Shown here piece by piece: positions 63,665 through 64,000 of a DNA stretch of 64,000 bases. Position 1 is the stretch's first letter. Each line of letters opens with the position of its first letter. Made by a program: the position numbers and the translations under genes. The stretch lies in assembly GCA_964016885.1 (NCBI GenBank), contig OZ024744.1, forward strand, positions 60,698,001 to 60,762,000. Direction: 5' to 3'. The notes under the pieces are model-generated. The model had not been told where the DNA came from. It worked only from the letters and a program-made list of their open reading frames with translations, and did no database searches. The DNA is from Eledone cirrhosa (taxonomy: Eukaryota).

Positions 63665-64000
63665 TAGTCAGTTCTTAGATATGCCAGCTCTGTGTTTATG
63701 GTGTTGATGGTATCAGAGCCTTGGGACATATGAGCTTGTTGGGGATAATTTAATGGTGTCAGCAGGAATAATCTTAATCCTCATTGGTCAGTTTGTAGAT
63801 GCTAGTAGGGTTGGTATTTGACTTCAAAGAGGCAGGTGTAAAGTTCAAACTGTCAGGCAAGTTGACAATAGTTCCATATGACTGATTTTCACAAAAAGCA
63901 TTCCTGGTCAGATATATATTCAATTGAGGTTTATAGTATGAAATTCGATACCACAGGTCAATCTTAAATTGAGGAATTTATATAGGGTGGTACTACTGAA

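Overview
AT-rich, repeat-saturated animal genomic DNA. The SINE, RTE and microsatellite make-up suggests a mollusc, probably an octopod (inference). No host protein-coding gene can be called with confidence, and most ORFs in the track are microsatellite read-through. The window is a nest of mobile elements: (i) at least two lineages of Penelope-like elements (PLEs; RT plus C-terminal GIY-YIG), almost always bounded by (TA)n, one with an open frame of about 712 codons; (ii) two Helitrons (one near-complete but frameshifted Rep/Pif1, one internally deleted) plus non-autonomous Helitrons; (iii) fragments of CRE-clade, RTE and CR1/L2 LINEs, tRNA SINEs, MITEs and minisatellites. The strongest hidden signal is RNA structure. 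About 21 type-I hammerhead ribozyme motifs with an intact core (CUGANGA...GAAA...UH) and about 6 degenerate ones sit in PLE pseudo-LTRs. Several near-perfect DNA palindromes turn around inside the stem-II hairpin of a hammerhead and end in (TA)n, which suggests fold-back (self-primed) synthesis during PLE integration. All folds were read by eye, and many element boundaries are approximate.
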